A DNA stretch of 64,000 bases from a candidate division WOR-3 bacterium (GTDB taxonomy: Bacteria; Hydrothermota; 32-111). A model generated the notes under the pieces. That model saw only the letters and a list, made by a program, of their open reading frames with translations, was not told the DNA's origin and did no database searches. The position numbers and the translations under genes are program-made. This document shows positions 41,026 through 50,390 of the stretch, piece after piece. Position 1 is the stretch's first letter. Every line of letters begins with the position of its first letter. The DNA lies in NCBI GenBank assembly GCA_037481815.1, contig JBBFKX010000001.1:256001-320000 (forward strand), given 5' to 3'.

Positions 41026-41066
41026 ATTGGGGACGGTGCTTGACTTTTTGACATTTTTCTGTAAGT
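41026..41066 (-). repeat. Dispersed ~30-bp element, copy 3 (inverted relative to copies 1 and 2)
   Basis: + strand ATTGGGGACGGTGCTTGACTTTTTGACATTTTTCTGTAAGT. Confidence 0.9.
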
Positions 41067-41240
41067 CATTTAAATAATATAAGTTATATACTTGTCAAAC
41101 CATATATTTTTTGTGAATTTTTAAACTATTTTTAAAATTTACCACATTAAAATTAGCAATTCTTTTACTACATTTTCTCCCCTTCTTTAAACTCTGAAAA
41201 ACTTTAAAGGATTCATATTTAATATCGATTAATCTTTTTG

Positions 41241-41268
41241 TTGACCTTTGAGAATTAGATAATATAAT
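41241..41268 (+). promoter_or_regulatory. Promoter of the flavin reductase gene
   Basis: TTGACC-16 bp-TATAAT, then SD AAAGGAG. Confidence 0.65.
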
Positions 41269-41285
41269 GAAAAAAAGGAGTTTGT

Positions 41286-41804
41286 ATGATTGGTGAAAAA
41301 TTTAAAAAAATAGATCCAAAAAATTTTACAAAAAACATTTTCAAACTTTGGGATGATGAGTGGGTTTTAATAACTGCTGGAAACAAAGATAAATTCAACT
41401 GCATGACAGCATCATGGGGCGGTTTTGGAATACTATGGAACAAACCGGTAACATTTATTTTTGTAAGACCTACAAGATACACTTATAATTTTACCGAAAC
41501 GAATGAATTCTTTACCTTAACCTCGTTCTATGAAAAAGATAGAGAAATATTGAATTTTTGTGGAAGATTTTCTGGAAGAGATCATGATAAAATTAAAGAA
41601 ACAGGACTAAAACCAATATTTATAAAAAATAACATCATTATCTATGAACAGGCAAAAATAGGAATCGTTTGTAGAAAAATCTACTTCGATGATTTAAAAG
41701 AAAAAAATTTTTTAGATGAAACCCTTTTGAAAAACTATCCGAAAAAAGATTTTCATAGATTGTATGTCGGAGAAATAAAAGATATATACATCAGAAATAG
41801 ATAG
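41286..41804 (+). CDS. Flavin reductase-like (FMN-binding split barrel) protein
   Basis: WVLITAG, NCMTASWGGFG.LWNKP, FVRPTRYT, CGRFSGRD.DK, FHRLYVGEI. Confidence 0.85.
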   Translation: MIGEKFKKIDPKNFTKNIFKLWDDEWVLITAGNKDKFNCMTASWGGFGILWNKPVTFIFVRPTRYTYNFTETNEFFTLTSFYEKDREILNFCGRFSGRDHDKIKETGLKPIFIKNNIIIYEQAKIGIVCRKIYFDDLKEKNFLDETLLKNYPKKDFHRLYVGEIKDIYIRNR

Positions 41805-43155
41805 AAAACAAAAGATGAACTCTCCCCTCCAAAGGTGTTAAATCTTTGTTTAAAGCGTAATAAAGAGAAGTTTTGTAATTTGAAATATTCGCAGTCAAAA
41901 ATAATCCATAAGAGAATAGATTTTTAAAGGATCTATAATTTTTTAATTGCTCAAGGTTGTAAAAAATGTTATCAAAAAATATCCCCGTCTCAAAATTTTT
42001 CCCGAGATATCCGATTTTTACCTCCTGATAAAGGAAAGTAAAAACCTTTAAAAAATTCTCAGGATAACCTTTTATATTTTTATTTCCACCAATCTGGACT
42101 TTCATGTAATCTTTTAAATTTGAAGCGAAATTCAAATAGGAATCAAAATAGAACCAATATCCAAAAACTTTTATATTGTTTTTATATCCAATTTGGGGAG
42201 TCATATAAGCCCAACTATTTTTCAAATCAGTATAATTGATTGTTGATTTATTCGAAAAGAAAAAGTTCTTTGAAAAATAGTCTAATCCTCCAATTAAAAA
42301 ATTCTCAACAATGTCAAAAGAATCGGATGCAAGATAATTAATACTTCTTTTCCCATAACCTGTTAAGGCGGAAAACTTTTCTGTAATAAAAACTTTTATA
42401 CCAGCATTATACTCTTGTTTAGTATAAAAGGTCTCTATTGATTCAAAATTAATATTACCAAAAAGACCCAAAGGAGTTGAAAAGATATAAGGAAACTCAA
42501 AATTTGCAGAAAGATATGTGTTATTTTTGTTTATTCTTTGATAGTCGATTGAGTAAATATCAAAATATCCAAAAGGACTTTTTAAAAATATGTTTAAAAA
42601 TCCGTTCAAGTTGAATGAATCAATCGATGATGTCAAAATTCCTGAAATTGAAGATAGTTTTCCCTGATCTATTTTCGTTTTGATAATTACAGAACTATCA
42701 GAAAATTTTTCGACATAAAAGGTTGTATCTATTAGTAAATCCTCATTACTTGAAAGATTCTTTAACTTCTCTACTATATATTTTTCTTGAAAAACTTTAT
42801 TTTTCAATCTTAAAATTCCATTCAGATACGAACTTTTTACATTGTAAACATTTTCCACTCTTTCAATAAAAAATTTTCCATTCTCCTTTATTGTTAAATA
42901 AAAGATATCAAAATTACCATAATTCAAAACAGAATCTATTTCTATCGTTATAAAAGGATATCCATAGTTCAGATAGATATTCAATATTTCTTCAATTCCC
43001 TGCTTTATCCCCTTATTTTTTAAAATTGAATCTATTATTTCATTTGAAACAGTATTGTTCCCATAAAAAAAAACCCTGCTTTCGTTTGAATAAAGCAGGG
43101 TTATAAAATTTAAACAGAATAAGAAAAATAAAATTTTCTTATTGAGGTGTAACAG
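41791..43155 (-). CDS. Putative outer-membrane beta-barrel protein with POTRA-like N-terminus (Omp85/ShlB-like); probable non-AUG start
   Basis: Frame stays open 57 codons upstream of the ORF-track start, encoding a signal peptide (NKKILFFLFCLNFITLLYS) and FYGN..VSNE...YLNYGYPF; loop motif IGGNKNIKGYPEN; C-terminal Phe; CTG at 43155 lies 10 nt after AGGAG. Confidence 0.6.
   Translation of the reverse strand: MLHLNKKILFFLFCLNFITLLYSNESRVFFYGNNTVSNEIIDSILKNKGIKQGIEEILNIYLNYGYPFITIEIDSVLNYGNFDIFYLTIKENGKFFIERVENVYNVKSSYLNGILRLKNKVFQEKYIVEKLKNLSSNEDLLIDTTFYVEKFSDSSVIIKTKIDQGKLSSISGILTSSIDSFNLNGFLNIFLKSPFGYFDIYSIDYQRINKNNTYLSANFEFPYIFSTPLGLFGNINFESIETFYTKQEYNAGIKVFITEKFSALTGYGKRSINYLASDSFDIVENFLIGGLDYFSKNFFFSNKSTINYTDLKNSWAYMTPQIGYKNNIKVFGYWFYFDSYLNFASNLKDYMKVQIGGNKNIKGYPENFLKVFTFLYQEVKIGYLGKNFETGIFFDNIFYNLEQLKNYRSFKNLFSYGLFLTANISNYKTSLYYALNKDLTPLEGRVHLLFSIYF
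43065..43102 (-). terminator. Intrinsic terminator-like hairpin inside the 5' coding region of the OMP gene
   Basis: - strand AACCCTGCTTT-ATTCAAACG-AAAGCAGGGTT running into a 9-T tract. Confidence 0.65.
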
Positions 43156-43498
43156 TTGTATTTATCTCCTTATTAAAATAGAAAGATTTGTTGATAACAG
43201 GAATGGTTATGGAATCAACATAGGAGAATTGAACATTACATGACACATTACCTTGTTTAGTTACAATTATGTCATCATAGGTAAGATTTATACCTTTTTC
43301 TGAAAGTTTTTCCATAACCTTATCTTTTACAATATATTCATCACTTCTGATTTCTCCATACAGGATTTTGTTTATCTGTTCAACCAGCTGATAATTTTTG
43401 ATTTCCATCGAAAGGTATTGCCATCCCATATAACCAAGAAGAACAAGGATGAGTAAAAAAATTCCAAGTTTTATAAATCCAATAATTTTATCAACCAT
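43139..43498 (-). CDS. Small single-TM exported protein (DUF4845-like architecture)
   Basis: N-terminal TM helix followed by a short alpha/beta domain; abuts the upstream TPR gene. Confidence 0.55.
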   Translation of the reverse strand: MVDKIIGFIKLGIFLLILVLLGYMGWQYLSMEIKNYQLVEQINKILYGEIRSDEYIVKDKVMEKLSEKGINLTYDDIIVTKQGNVSCNVQFSYVDSITIPVINKSFYFNKEINTTVTPQ

Positions 43499-43499
43499 T

Positions 43500-44660
43500 T
43501 TACCACCTTGTTGGGTCTATCTCCTTTTTCCTTTTTTCTATATTTTCAAGACCTGTCTGTGCTTCTTTTACATACTTACCTTTCATTTCAATTATCTTGT
43601 TGAAATATGATGCTGACTTGTCGAGTATTTTAAGTGCTTCCTGATAATTTTCATCACTCTTCTTTGCTTTTACTGGATCAACTTTTAAAAAGTATGCCTG
43701 TGCTATCAATAAAAGTGCATTCACATCATTTGGACTTTTGGCAAGTGCTTTATCAAGGTAATTTATCGCTCTATCGTAATCTTTAATTTCCATATACATC
43801 TGACCTAAATAAAGATATGGCACTGTTGAATAAGGCATCAAGGTTATCATTTTGTTATAATTTTTCTCTGCTGATGAATAATCCTTAAGTCCCTGATAAG
43901 CCCTTGCAAGCCCAAGGTAAGTGTTAACTATAGTGGAATCGAGTTGATTGACCCTGTTGTATGTTTCTATTGCCTTTTGATATTGCTTTGTTTCAAGATA
44001 TGCTTCAGCAAGGTTTGAAAGAGGTTCTACAAATGTTGGATGGTTATCAGAGATTTTTTTCAGAAGATCCACTGCCTTTTGATACTGCTCAACCTTTATC
44101 AACGCCTTTGCATAAGCATAGGCAGCAACCAAATTTTCTGGATCGAAATTACATGCTTTTTCATAGCATGAAAGTTTATTAAACTCTTTTCTGGATGGAG
44201 AAATATTTTCATAAAGTTGAGCGAGTCCATAATATGCTTTTGAACTCGTTGAATCGATTTTCAAAGCATCAAAGAAAAATTTTTCTGCATCATTATATTT
44301 TTTTAGTTTTATATACAGGTTCCCCATATTAACAAAACCTTCTGGATTTGATGGGAATTTTGTCATCATAAAATTGTACAACGACTCAGCTCTTGTATAA
44401 TCCATTTTTCCTTCAAAACTTTTTCCAAGTCCATTGTATGCTTCGATAAAATCCAAACTCTCTTCTATAGATTTTTGAAAATTTTTGATCGCTGAATCAT
44501 ATATCTTGTTTTTCAAATATTCTTTTCCAAAATCAAAATATTTTATCGCATCTGAAACCTGCTGATTTGGTTGCGTTGTCTTATTGGATGTCTGGGTTGT
44601 TGCCTGACAACCAAAAATCAGGATAAAAATTGCAAGAAATATGAACAAAACTTTTTTCAT
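43500..44660 (-). CDS. Tetratricopeptide-repeat lipoprotein
   Basis: Lipobox-like IFGC; repeated TPR units (AYNGLG, AYYGLA, TYLGLARAY, PYLYLGQMY). Confidence 0.85.
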   Translation of the reverse strand: MKKVLFIFLAIFILIFGCQATTQTSNKTTQPNQQVSDAIKYFDFGKEYLKNKIYDSAIKNFQKSIEESLDFIEAYNGLGKSFEGKMDYTRAESLYNFMMTKFPSNPEGFVNMGNLYIKLKKYNDAEKFFFDALKIDSTSSKAYYGLAQLYENISPSRKEFNKLSCYEKACNFDPENLVAAYAYAKALIKVEQYQKAVDLLKKISDNHPTFVEPLSNLAEAYLETKQYQKAIETYNRVNQLDSTIVNTYLGLARAYQGLKDYSSAEKNYNKMITLMPYSTVPYLYLGQMYMEIKDYDRAINYLDKALAKSPNDVNALLLIAQAYFLKVDPVKAKKSDENYQEALKILDKSASYFNKIIEMKGKYVKEAQTGLENIEKRKKEIDPTRW

Positions 44661-44669
44661 TTGAGCACC

Positions 44670-45113
44670 TCATTTGTTTTTTGTTTTTGTTTTATCAACA
44701 ACTTTCATTGTATCTATATGCTGAATTGGTGGTCTACAGAAAACGACAGTTTTGTTTGAGTCCTTTGCCCTACCGTAAGCAAAATATGTTTTCTTCGGAT
44801 CAGTTGTCTGATAGAAGATCGTTTTATCAGCAAAAACATGTTCGACCATTTCTGGCCATTTATCAACATCCTGCCCTTCAGCATTTTTCACTATAAAATA
44901 TGGTCTCAGTTTTTCTTCAAACTCCTTTTGTGTTGATGGATATGTTTCATGTTCAACATAATATTGTTCCATAAGGTTTGTCAACTTTGTCATCGTTCTC
45001 TGTGCATCTTTGATTGCAGCAAAATCCATAAATGAGCCCTTAGGTTTTGAACATGATGTTATAACCAAAATAGTTAACAAAAAAATCAATGTTAGAAAAA
45101 CTAACTTTTTCAT
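44670..45113 (-). CDS. Lipoprotein with a pilin/pseudopilin-like segment
   Basis: Lipobox-like ITSC; MTKLTNLMEQYYVEHETYP resembles the GspG/pilin helix motif; AGGAGG SD. Confidence 0.55.
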   Translation of the reverse strand: MKKLVFLTLIFLLTILVITSCSKPKGSFMDFAAIKDAQRTMTKLTNLMEQYYVEHETYPSTQKEFEEKLRPYFIVKNAEGQDVDKWPEMVEHVFADKTIFYQTTDPKKTYFAYGRAKDSNKTVVFCRPPIQHIDTMKVVDKTKTKNK

Positions 45114-45137
45114 TTAACTAACCTCCTGATGTTAAAA

Positions 45138-45210
45138 TGGAGCTAACGGGAGTCGAACCCGTGACCTTTTGACTGCCAGTCAAACGCGCTCCCAACTGCG
45201 CTATAGCCCC
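45138..45210 (-). tRNA. tRNA-Ala(GGC), CCA not encoded
   Basis: GGGGCTATAGCGCAGTTGGGAGCGC-TTTGA-CTGGCAG-TCAAA...GGTTCGACTCCCGTTAGCTCCA; G3:U70 Ala identity pair. Confidence 0.96.
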
Positions 45211-45223
45211 ATACTAATCTTTT

Positions 45224-45251
45224 ATTTTAATTCTTTTTCCTAAAATGTCAA
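45224..45251 (-). promoter_or_regulatory. Promoter of tRNA-Ala and the downstream envelope genes
   Basis: TTGACA-16 bp-TAAAAT; the -35 overlaps the rpiB stop codon. Confidence 0.6.
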
Positions 45252-45679
45252 TTATTTTCAAAAGAACAAATCTTATCCAACCTTCTTTGGTGTCTTCCAC
45301 CCTCAAACTTTTCCTCAGCAAAAACTTTCACTATTTTACAAAGATCTTTGCCTTCAACAACTTTTGCACCAAGTACAAGTATGTTTGCATCGTTATGTTT
45401 TCTTGCAAGTGAGGCAAACTCTTGATCAATAACATAGGCAGCACGTATTCCCTTTATTTTGTTTGCTGCAATCGACATTCCAATTCCCGAATAGCAGATT
45501 AAAATTCCAAAATCAACTCTCTTTTCAAGAACATCCTGCGCAACTGCTTTCACATAGTCAGGATAATCGACACTCTCTTCGGAAAATGTTCCCCTGTCAA
45601 CAAATTCAAACTCCGTGCATTTTTTTATCTCTTCCTTTATTTTTAATCCCCTGTGATCGCTTCCAATAGAGATTTTCAA
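45248..45679 (-). CDS. rpiB: Ribose-5-phosphate isomerase B
   Basis: IGSDHRG, SVDYPD, LICYSGIGMSIAANK, ARKHNDANIL, FEGGRHQRR. Confidence 0.93.
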   Translation of the reverse strand: MKISIGSDHRGLKIKEEIKKCTEFEFVDRGTFSEESVDYPDYVKAVAQDVLEKRVDFGILICYSGIGMSIAANKIKGIRAAYVIDQEFASLARKHNDANILVLGAKVVEGKDLCKIVKVFAEEKFEGGRHQRRLDKICSFENN

Positions 45680-45688
45680 GTTAAACTC

Positions 45689-46591
45689 CTATTTTTTCAG
45701 CATCATAAGTGCAAGAACTAAAGACCAGTATTTGATTTCAGCTGTGTCTCCTCTTGATGTTAAAACAACCGGAGCCATAGTTCCGACCAAAATTGCAGCA
45801 AGATCAGCTTTTGCCAGTTTTGTTAAAGATTTATATAGGACATTTCCTGCATCTATTTCAGGTGCAACCACGATGTCAGCATCTGCACCAACAGGGCTGT
45901 GGAAATTCTTTTCTTCACATGCTTCTTTTGATACAGCAAGATCGAGTGCCATCGGTCCTTCGACAAGTGCATCTCCAAAATCGCCTCTATCACCCATTTT
46001 TGAGATTATTGCAGCATCAACAGATGATTGCATTTTCAGGTTAACCGTTTCAGCAGCTGCAAGAATCGCGACTTTTGGTTGTTTTATATCAATGTTTCTT
46101 GCGAGTTCTATGGCATTCTTGATTATCTTAACCTTTTCTTCAAGTGTTGGAGCAATGTTAATAGCAACATCTGTGACTATCAAAAATTTGTGATATGTTT
46201 CAAGAGAAAACACTGAAACATGTGAGACAAGAGATCCAGGTTTTACGATGCCAGTTTCTTTATTTAAAATTGGTCTCATAAAATTTGATGTTGTGATTGA
46301 ACCTTTCAATATAACATCGGCTTTTCCTTCTTTAACAAGGTTAACTGCTATTTTTGCTGATTCAACTTCGTTTGGTGAATCAACAATTTCATACTCGCCA
46401 CTATAGTTAACCTTTTTTAATAGTTCTTCGATTTTTGCTTTCTGTCCTATAAGGATCGGATATGCAAAACCTTTGTTTGCGGCTTCAACAGCAGCATCTA
46501 TCGCTGATTCTATTGTAGCGTTCACAACAGCAACTTTTGCTTTTATTTTTCTTTCTTTTAATTTTTCCTCAAAAATTTTGAATTTACTCAT
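45689..46591 (-). CDS. ptb: Phosphate butyryltransferase/acyltransferase
   Basis: ADVILKG, TDVAINIAP, KVAILAAAE, EGPMALDLA, GNVLYKSL, PVVLTSRGD; start ATG 46591 after GAGGAG. Confidence 0.85.
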   Translation of the reverse strand: MSKFKIFEEKLKERKIKAKVAVVNATIESAIDAAVEAANKGFAYPILIGQKAKIEELLKKVNYSGEYEIVDSPNEVESAKIAVNLVKEGKADVILKGSITTSNFMRPILNKETGIVKPGSLVSHVSVFSLETYHKFLIVTDVAINIAPTLEEKVKIIKNAIELARNIDIKQPKVAILAAAETVNLKMQSSVDAAIISKMGDRGDFGDALVEGPMALDLAVSKEACEEKNFHSPVGADADIVVAPEIDAGNVLYKSLTKLAKADLAAILVGTMAPVVLTSRGDTAEIKYWSLVLALMMLKK

Positions 46592-47003
46592 TTTTCTTCT
46601 CCTCTTTTTCTTCAACAAATTCTATTAAAATCCCATCTGAAGATTTTGGATGCATAAAAGCTATTGGATGTCCTTCAGCACCTATTCTTGGCTTTTGGTC
46701 GATCATTCTATAACCTTTTGCGACAAAATCTTCTATGGTCTTTTGAATATCATCAACTGTAAAAGCGATATGGTGTAATGAGTTTCCCCTGTTGTCAACA
46801 AACTGTGCGATTGAAGATTCCATATCTGTTGGCTGTATAATTTCGAAAAGAACTCCACCGATATCAAACATCGCAACTTTCACCTTTTGATCAGGAACAT
46901 CAACTTCCATATCACATTTTTTTCCAAAAATCTCTTCAAAAACTTTTTTGCTTTTTTCAAGATTTGAAACAGCAATCGAAATGTGGTTAAATTTTTTAAT
47001 CAT
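46584..47003 (-). CDS. mce: Methylmalonyl-CoA epimerase (VOC family)
   Basis: [44 protein letters not shown]. Confidence 0.9.
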   Translation of the reverse strand: MIKKFNHISIAVSNLEKSKKVFEEIFGKKCDMEVDVPDQKVKVAMFDIGGVLFEIIQPTDMESSIAQFVDNRGNSLHHIAFTVDDIQKTIEDFVAKGYRMIDQKPRIGAEGHPIAFMHPKSSDGILIEFVEEKEEKKNE

Positions 47004-48564
47004 TATCGAATAACCCCCATTTATTTTTCATTACATTAATAATCTCTCCCATAGTCGCTTTATTCTCAACTGCTTCAATCACATAAGGGAAAAGATTTTC
47101 GTTCGTATCACATACCTGTGAAATCTTTTCAAGGATCTTTTTCACTTTTTCGTTATCTCTATTCTTTCTGAATTCTTTTAAAATCTCTTTCCTTTTTAAC
47201 TCAACACTTTCATCAATCTTCATTAGATTTGATTTAATGTTTTCTTCAATTTTAAACTTATTTAATCCAACTATTATCTTTTCACCTGATTCAACCTCTT
47301 TTTGGAACCTGTAAGAAGAGTTGTGAATCTCATTTTTAAAGTAACCTGTCTCTACACATCTTACTGCACCACCCATCTTTTCAATCTTATCAAGATATTC
47401 CCATACAAGTTTTTCTATCTCATCGGTTAATGTTTCAATGTAATAACTTCCACCAAGTGGATCAACAACATCACAAACACCTGTTTCATAAGCAATTATC
47501 TGTTGCGTCCTGAGTGCTATTCTGACCGATTCTTCAGTTGGAAGAGCGAGTGCTTCATCGTAGGAGTTTGTGTGTAAAGATTGTGTTCCTCCTAATACTG
47601 CTGATAATGCCTGTAGAGCAACTCTTACAATGTTATTCATGGGCTGCTGGGCTGTTAACATTGAACCTGCTGTTTGAGTGTGAAATCTGAGCATCATACT
47701 TTTTGGATCTTTTGCTTTAAACTTTTCTTTCATTATTTTTGCCCATATCCTTCTTGCTGCTCTGAATTTTGCTATCTCTTCGAAGAAATTGTTATGAGCG
47801 TTGAAAAAGAAGGATAACCTTGGAGCGAAAGAATCAACATCAAGTCCTTTTTTCAAAGCATACTCAACATAGGCGATAGCATCTGCAAAAGTGAAAGCAA
47901 GTTCCTGAACAGCAGTTGATCCAGCTTCTCTTATATGATAACCGGAAATAGAAATCGTGTTCCATTTCGGAAGATTTTTTGAACAGAATTCAAAAATATC
48001 TGCTGTTAACCTCATAGAAGGTTCTGGTGGAAAAATATAGTTTCCCCTTGCTGTGTACTCTTTCAAAATATCGTTTTGGATAGTTCCAGAGAGTTTGTCC
48101 ATACTAACTCCCTGTTTTTTGGCGACTATGATATACATCGCAAGGATAATCATTGATGAAGCATTTATTGTCATCGAAGTGGAAACCTGATCAAGAGGAA
48201 TTCCGTCGAAAAGGACCATCATATCATCAACAGTTGAAATCGCAACCCCAACTTTTCCAACCTCTCCTGATGAAAGTGGATCATCCGAGTCAAGCCCAAG
48301 TTGAGTTGGGAGATCAAAAGCAACAGAAAGTCCTGTCTGACCATTTTTCAAAAGGTATTTGAATCTTTCGTTAGTTTCTTCTGCTGTTCCAAATCCAGCA
48401 TACTGTCTCATAGTCCATGGTTTTCCACGATACATCGTTGAGTACACACCTCTTGTAAAAGGATACTCCCCGGGTTTACCAAGTTCTGGTTCACCCTTCA
48501 AATCGTTCTTATCATAGAAAACTTTTAACTCGATTCCCGATGAATTGAATTTTTTATCTTCCAT
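46996..48564 (-). CDS. Methylmalonyl-CoA mutase, substrate-binding (large) subunit
   Basis: [56 protein letters not shown]; no B12-binding DxH domain. Confidence 0.9.
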   Translation of the reverse strand: MEDKKFNSSGIELKVFYDKNDLKGEPELGKPGEYPFTRGVYSTMYRGKPWTMRQYAGFGTAEETNERFKYLLKNGQTGLSVAFDLPTQLGLDSDDPLSSGEVGKVGVAISTVDDMMVLFDGIPLDQVSTSMTINASSMIILAMYIIVAKKQGVSMDKLSGTIQNDILKEYTARGNYIFPPEPSMRLTADIFEFCSKNLPKWNTISISGYHIREAGSTAVQELAFTFADAIAYVEYALKKGLDVDSFAPRLSFFFNAHNNFFEEIAKFRAARRIWAKIMKEKFKAKDPKSMMLRFHTQTAGSMLTAQQPMNNIVRVALQALSAVLGGTQSLHTNSYDEALALPTEESVRIALRTQQIIAYETGVCDVVDPLGGSYYIETLTDEIEKLVWEYLDKIEKMGGAVRCVETGYFKNEIHNSSYRFQKEVESGEKIIVGLNKFKIEENIKSNLMKIDESVELKRKEILKEFRKNRDNEKVKKILEKISQVCDTNENLFPYVIEAVENKATMGEIINVMKNKWGLFDND

Positions 48565-48594
48565 ATATCCTCACATTTTTAAACTTAAATTTTT

Positions 48595-48622
48595 ATTTTA
48601 TTTAATATTTTTTCTAAGTCAA
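48595..48622 (-). promoter_or_regulatory. Promoter of the mutase-mce-ptb-rpiB unit
   Basis: TTGACT-16 bp-TAAAAT. Confidence 0.6.
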
Positions 48623-48627
48623 CAAAA

Positions 48628-50256
48628 TTATATTTTAATGTTGCCTTCTTCATCGATATACATATTTAAAGCAGCTGGTTCTTCAGGTAATCCCGGCATC
48701 GTCATAATGTTTCCAAGGTAAACTACTATAAACCCAGCACCACTTGAAACTTTTAAATCTTTTATCTCAATATTAAAATTCTTTGGTCTTCCAAGTAATT
48801 TTTCGTTGTCTGAAAAAGAATATTGGGTTTTTGCTATACAAATAGGTAAATCTGAAAAACCCCAATCCTCGATCATCTTTATTTTATCTCTAACCTTTTT
48901 GTTAACAACTATACCATAAGCACCGTAAATTCTATATGCTACCTTTTTAATCTTTTCTTCAATCGATTCTTTGAAATCATACACATAGTTTATTTCTTCT
49001 TCTTTTGGTTTTGATTTTAAAATATATTCAGCAAGAGGTAATGCTGTCTGGTATCCTTTGTTGTAAACATCGATTTGAAATATCTCGCAACCTTTTTCTT
49101 TAACAAGATCCTCAAGTAGTTTCAATTCCTCTTCATCATCTTCAGAAAATCTATTTAACGCAACAATTGTATTTATATTAAACGATTTCATGTTTTCAAT
49201 ATGTTTTTCAAGGTTGGAAAATCCTGTTTTTACTGCATCAAAATTTTTCGCATTTATATCTTTAAGTTTAACTCCACCATGATGTTTTATCGCTCTTAAT
49301 GTTGCTACTATAACCACATAGTCGGGTGGCACCATATTTTTGTTTCTACTGACTATATCGATAAACTTCTCAGCACCAAGATCACTACCAAATCCTGCTT
49401 CAACAACAGTGTATTCAGCAAGTCGCATCGAGAGATCTATAGAGGTTATTGAGCATGTCCCATGTGCAATATTTGCGAAAGGACCTGTGTGAACAAAAGC
49501 GGGATTGTTGTTCAGGGTCTGAACAATGTTTGGATTTATAGCATCTTTCAAAAGTATTGCCATTCCATTTTCAGCACCAATATCTTTTGCAAAAACTGGT
49601 CTGTTATCATAAGATATCCCGATCATTATCTTCGAAAGTTTCTCTTTCAACTCTCTTAAATCGTATGAAAGCCCAAGTATAGCCATGACTTCTGAAGCGG
49701 CTGTAATCTCAAACTTTGATTCCCTTATCTGTCCACTGTCATCACCAACACCTATAATTATCTTTCTTAGTGCTCGATCGTTCATATCAAGAACTCTATG
49801 GAAGAAAATATCTTTTGGCTGAAAATGTGAAATATTTTTTCTCGAATAAACATTATCAAGTAGTGCAGCAAGAAGATTGTGTGCTGATGTTACAGCGTGT
49901 ATATCACCGGTAAAATGTAAATTTATCTCATTTGAAGGCTCAATTTTTGATAAACCACCACCAGTTGCTCCACCTTTTACTCCAAAAACAGGGCCAAGAG
50001 ATGGCTCTCTTAAACAAACGATACTCTTTTTACCAAAAGCGTTCAAAGCATCAGAAAGACCTATTGAAACTGTTGTTTTCCCTTCACCGTAGGGAGTTGG
50101 GTTTATTGCTGTAACAAGTATGAGTTTTCCATTTTTGTTTCTTTTTTCCCTTTCTTTTAAATTAACTTTTGCAATGAATCTCCCATAAGGAATAATGTTT
50201 TCATTATCTATTCCAATTTTTTCACAGATCTCCTCAATTCTTTTTAGTTCCACCAT
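48628..50256 (-). CDS. fhs: Formate--tetrahydrofolate ligase
   Basis: TAINPTPYGEGKTT, REPSLGPVFG.KGGATGGG, NLHFTGD, GPFANIAHG, EAGFGSDLGAEKF, AKTQYSFSD, MTMPGLP. Confidence 0.95.
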   Translation of the reverse strand: MVELKRIEEICEKIGIDNENIIPYGRFIAKVNLKEREKRNKNGKLILVTAINPTPYGEGKTTVSIGLSDALNAFGKKSIVCLREPSLGPVFGVKGGATGGGLSKIEPSNEINLHFTGDIHAVTSAHNLLAALLDNVYSRKNISHFQPKDIFFHRVLDMNDRALRKIIIGVGDDSGQIRESKFEITAASEVMAILGLSYDLRELKEKLSKIMIGISYDNRPVFAKDIGAENGMAILLKDAINPNIVQTLNNNPAFVHTGPFANIAHGTCSITSIDLSMRLAEYTVVEAGFGSDLGAEKFIDIVSRNKNMVPPDYVVIVATLRAIKHHGGVKLKDINAKNFDAVKTGFSNLEKHIENMKSFNINTIVALNRFSEDDEEELKLLEDLVKEKGCEIFQIDVYNKGYQTALPLAEYILKSKPKEEEINYVYDFKESIEEKIKKVAYRIYGAYGIVVNKKVRDKIKMIEDWGFSDLPICIAKTQYSFSDNEKLLGRPKNFNIEIKDLKVSSGAGFIVVYLGNIMTMPGLPEEPAALNMYIDEEGNIKI

Positions 50257-50278
50257 CTATTCTCCTTTTAAGATTTTA

Positions 50279-50367
50279 ATTTTAGATTAAATTCACTTTT
50301 TTTCAAGTGGTTAAAAAATTTATAAGTCGATCAATTTTGTTGAAAAAAAATTTTAAAATTATATAAT
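50279..50367. promoter_or_regulatory. Divergent promoters of fhs (-) and pckA (+)
   Basis: - strand TTGAAA-16 bp-TAAAAT (50306-50279); + strand TTGAAA-16 bp-TATAAT (50340-50367). Confidence 0.6.
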
Positions 50368-50390
50368 AAAATTACAAAAATGAAGGAGGT

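Noticed and set aside
41029..41075. The element's TTGACT/TTGACA hexamers as a portable promoter
   Set aside because: No good -10 hexamer at a suitable distance in any of the three copies.
43065..43073. Frameshift at the A9 run truncating the OMP gene
   Set aside because: With nine bases the upstream signal-peptide region is already in frame; what is missing is a canonical start codon, not the frame.
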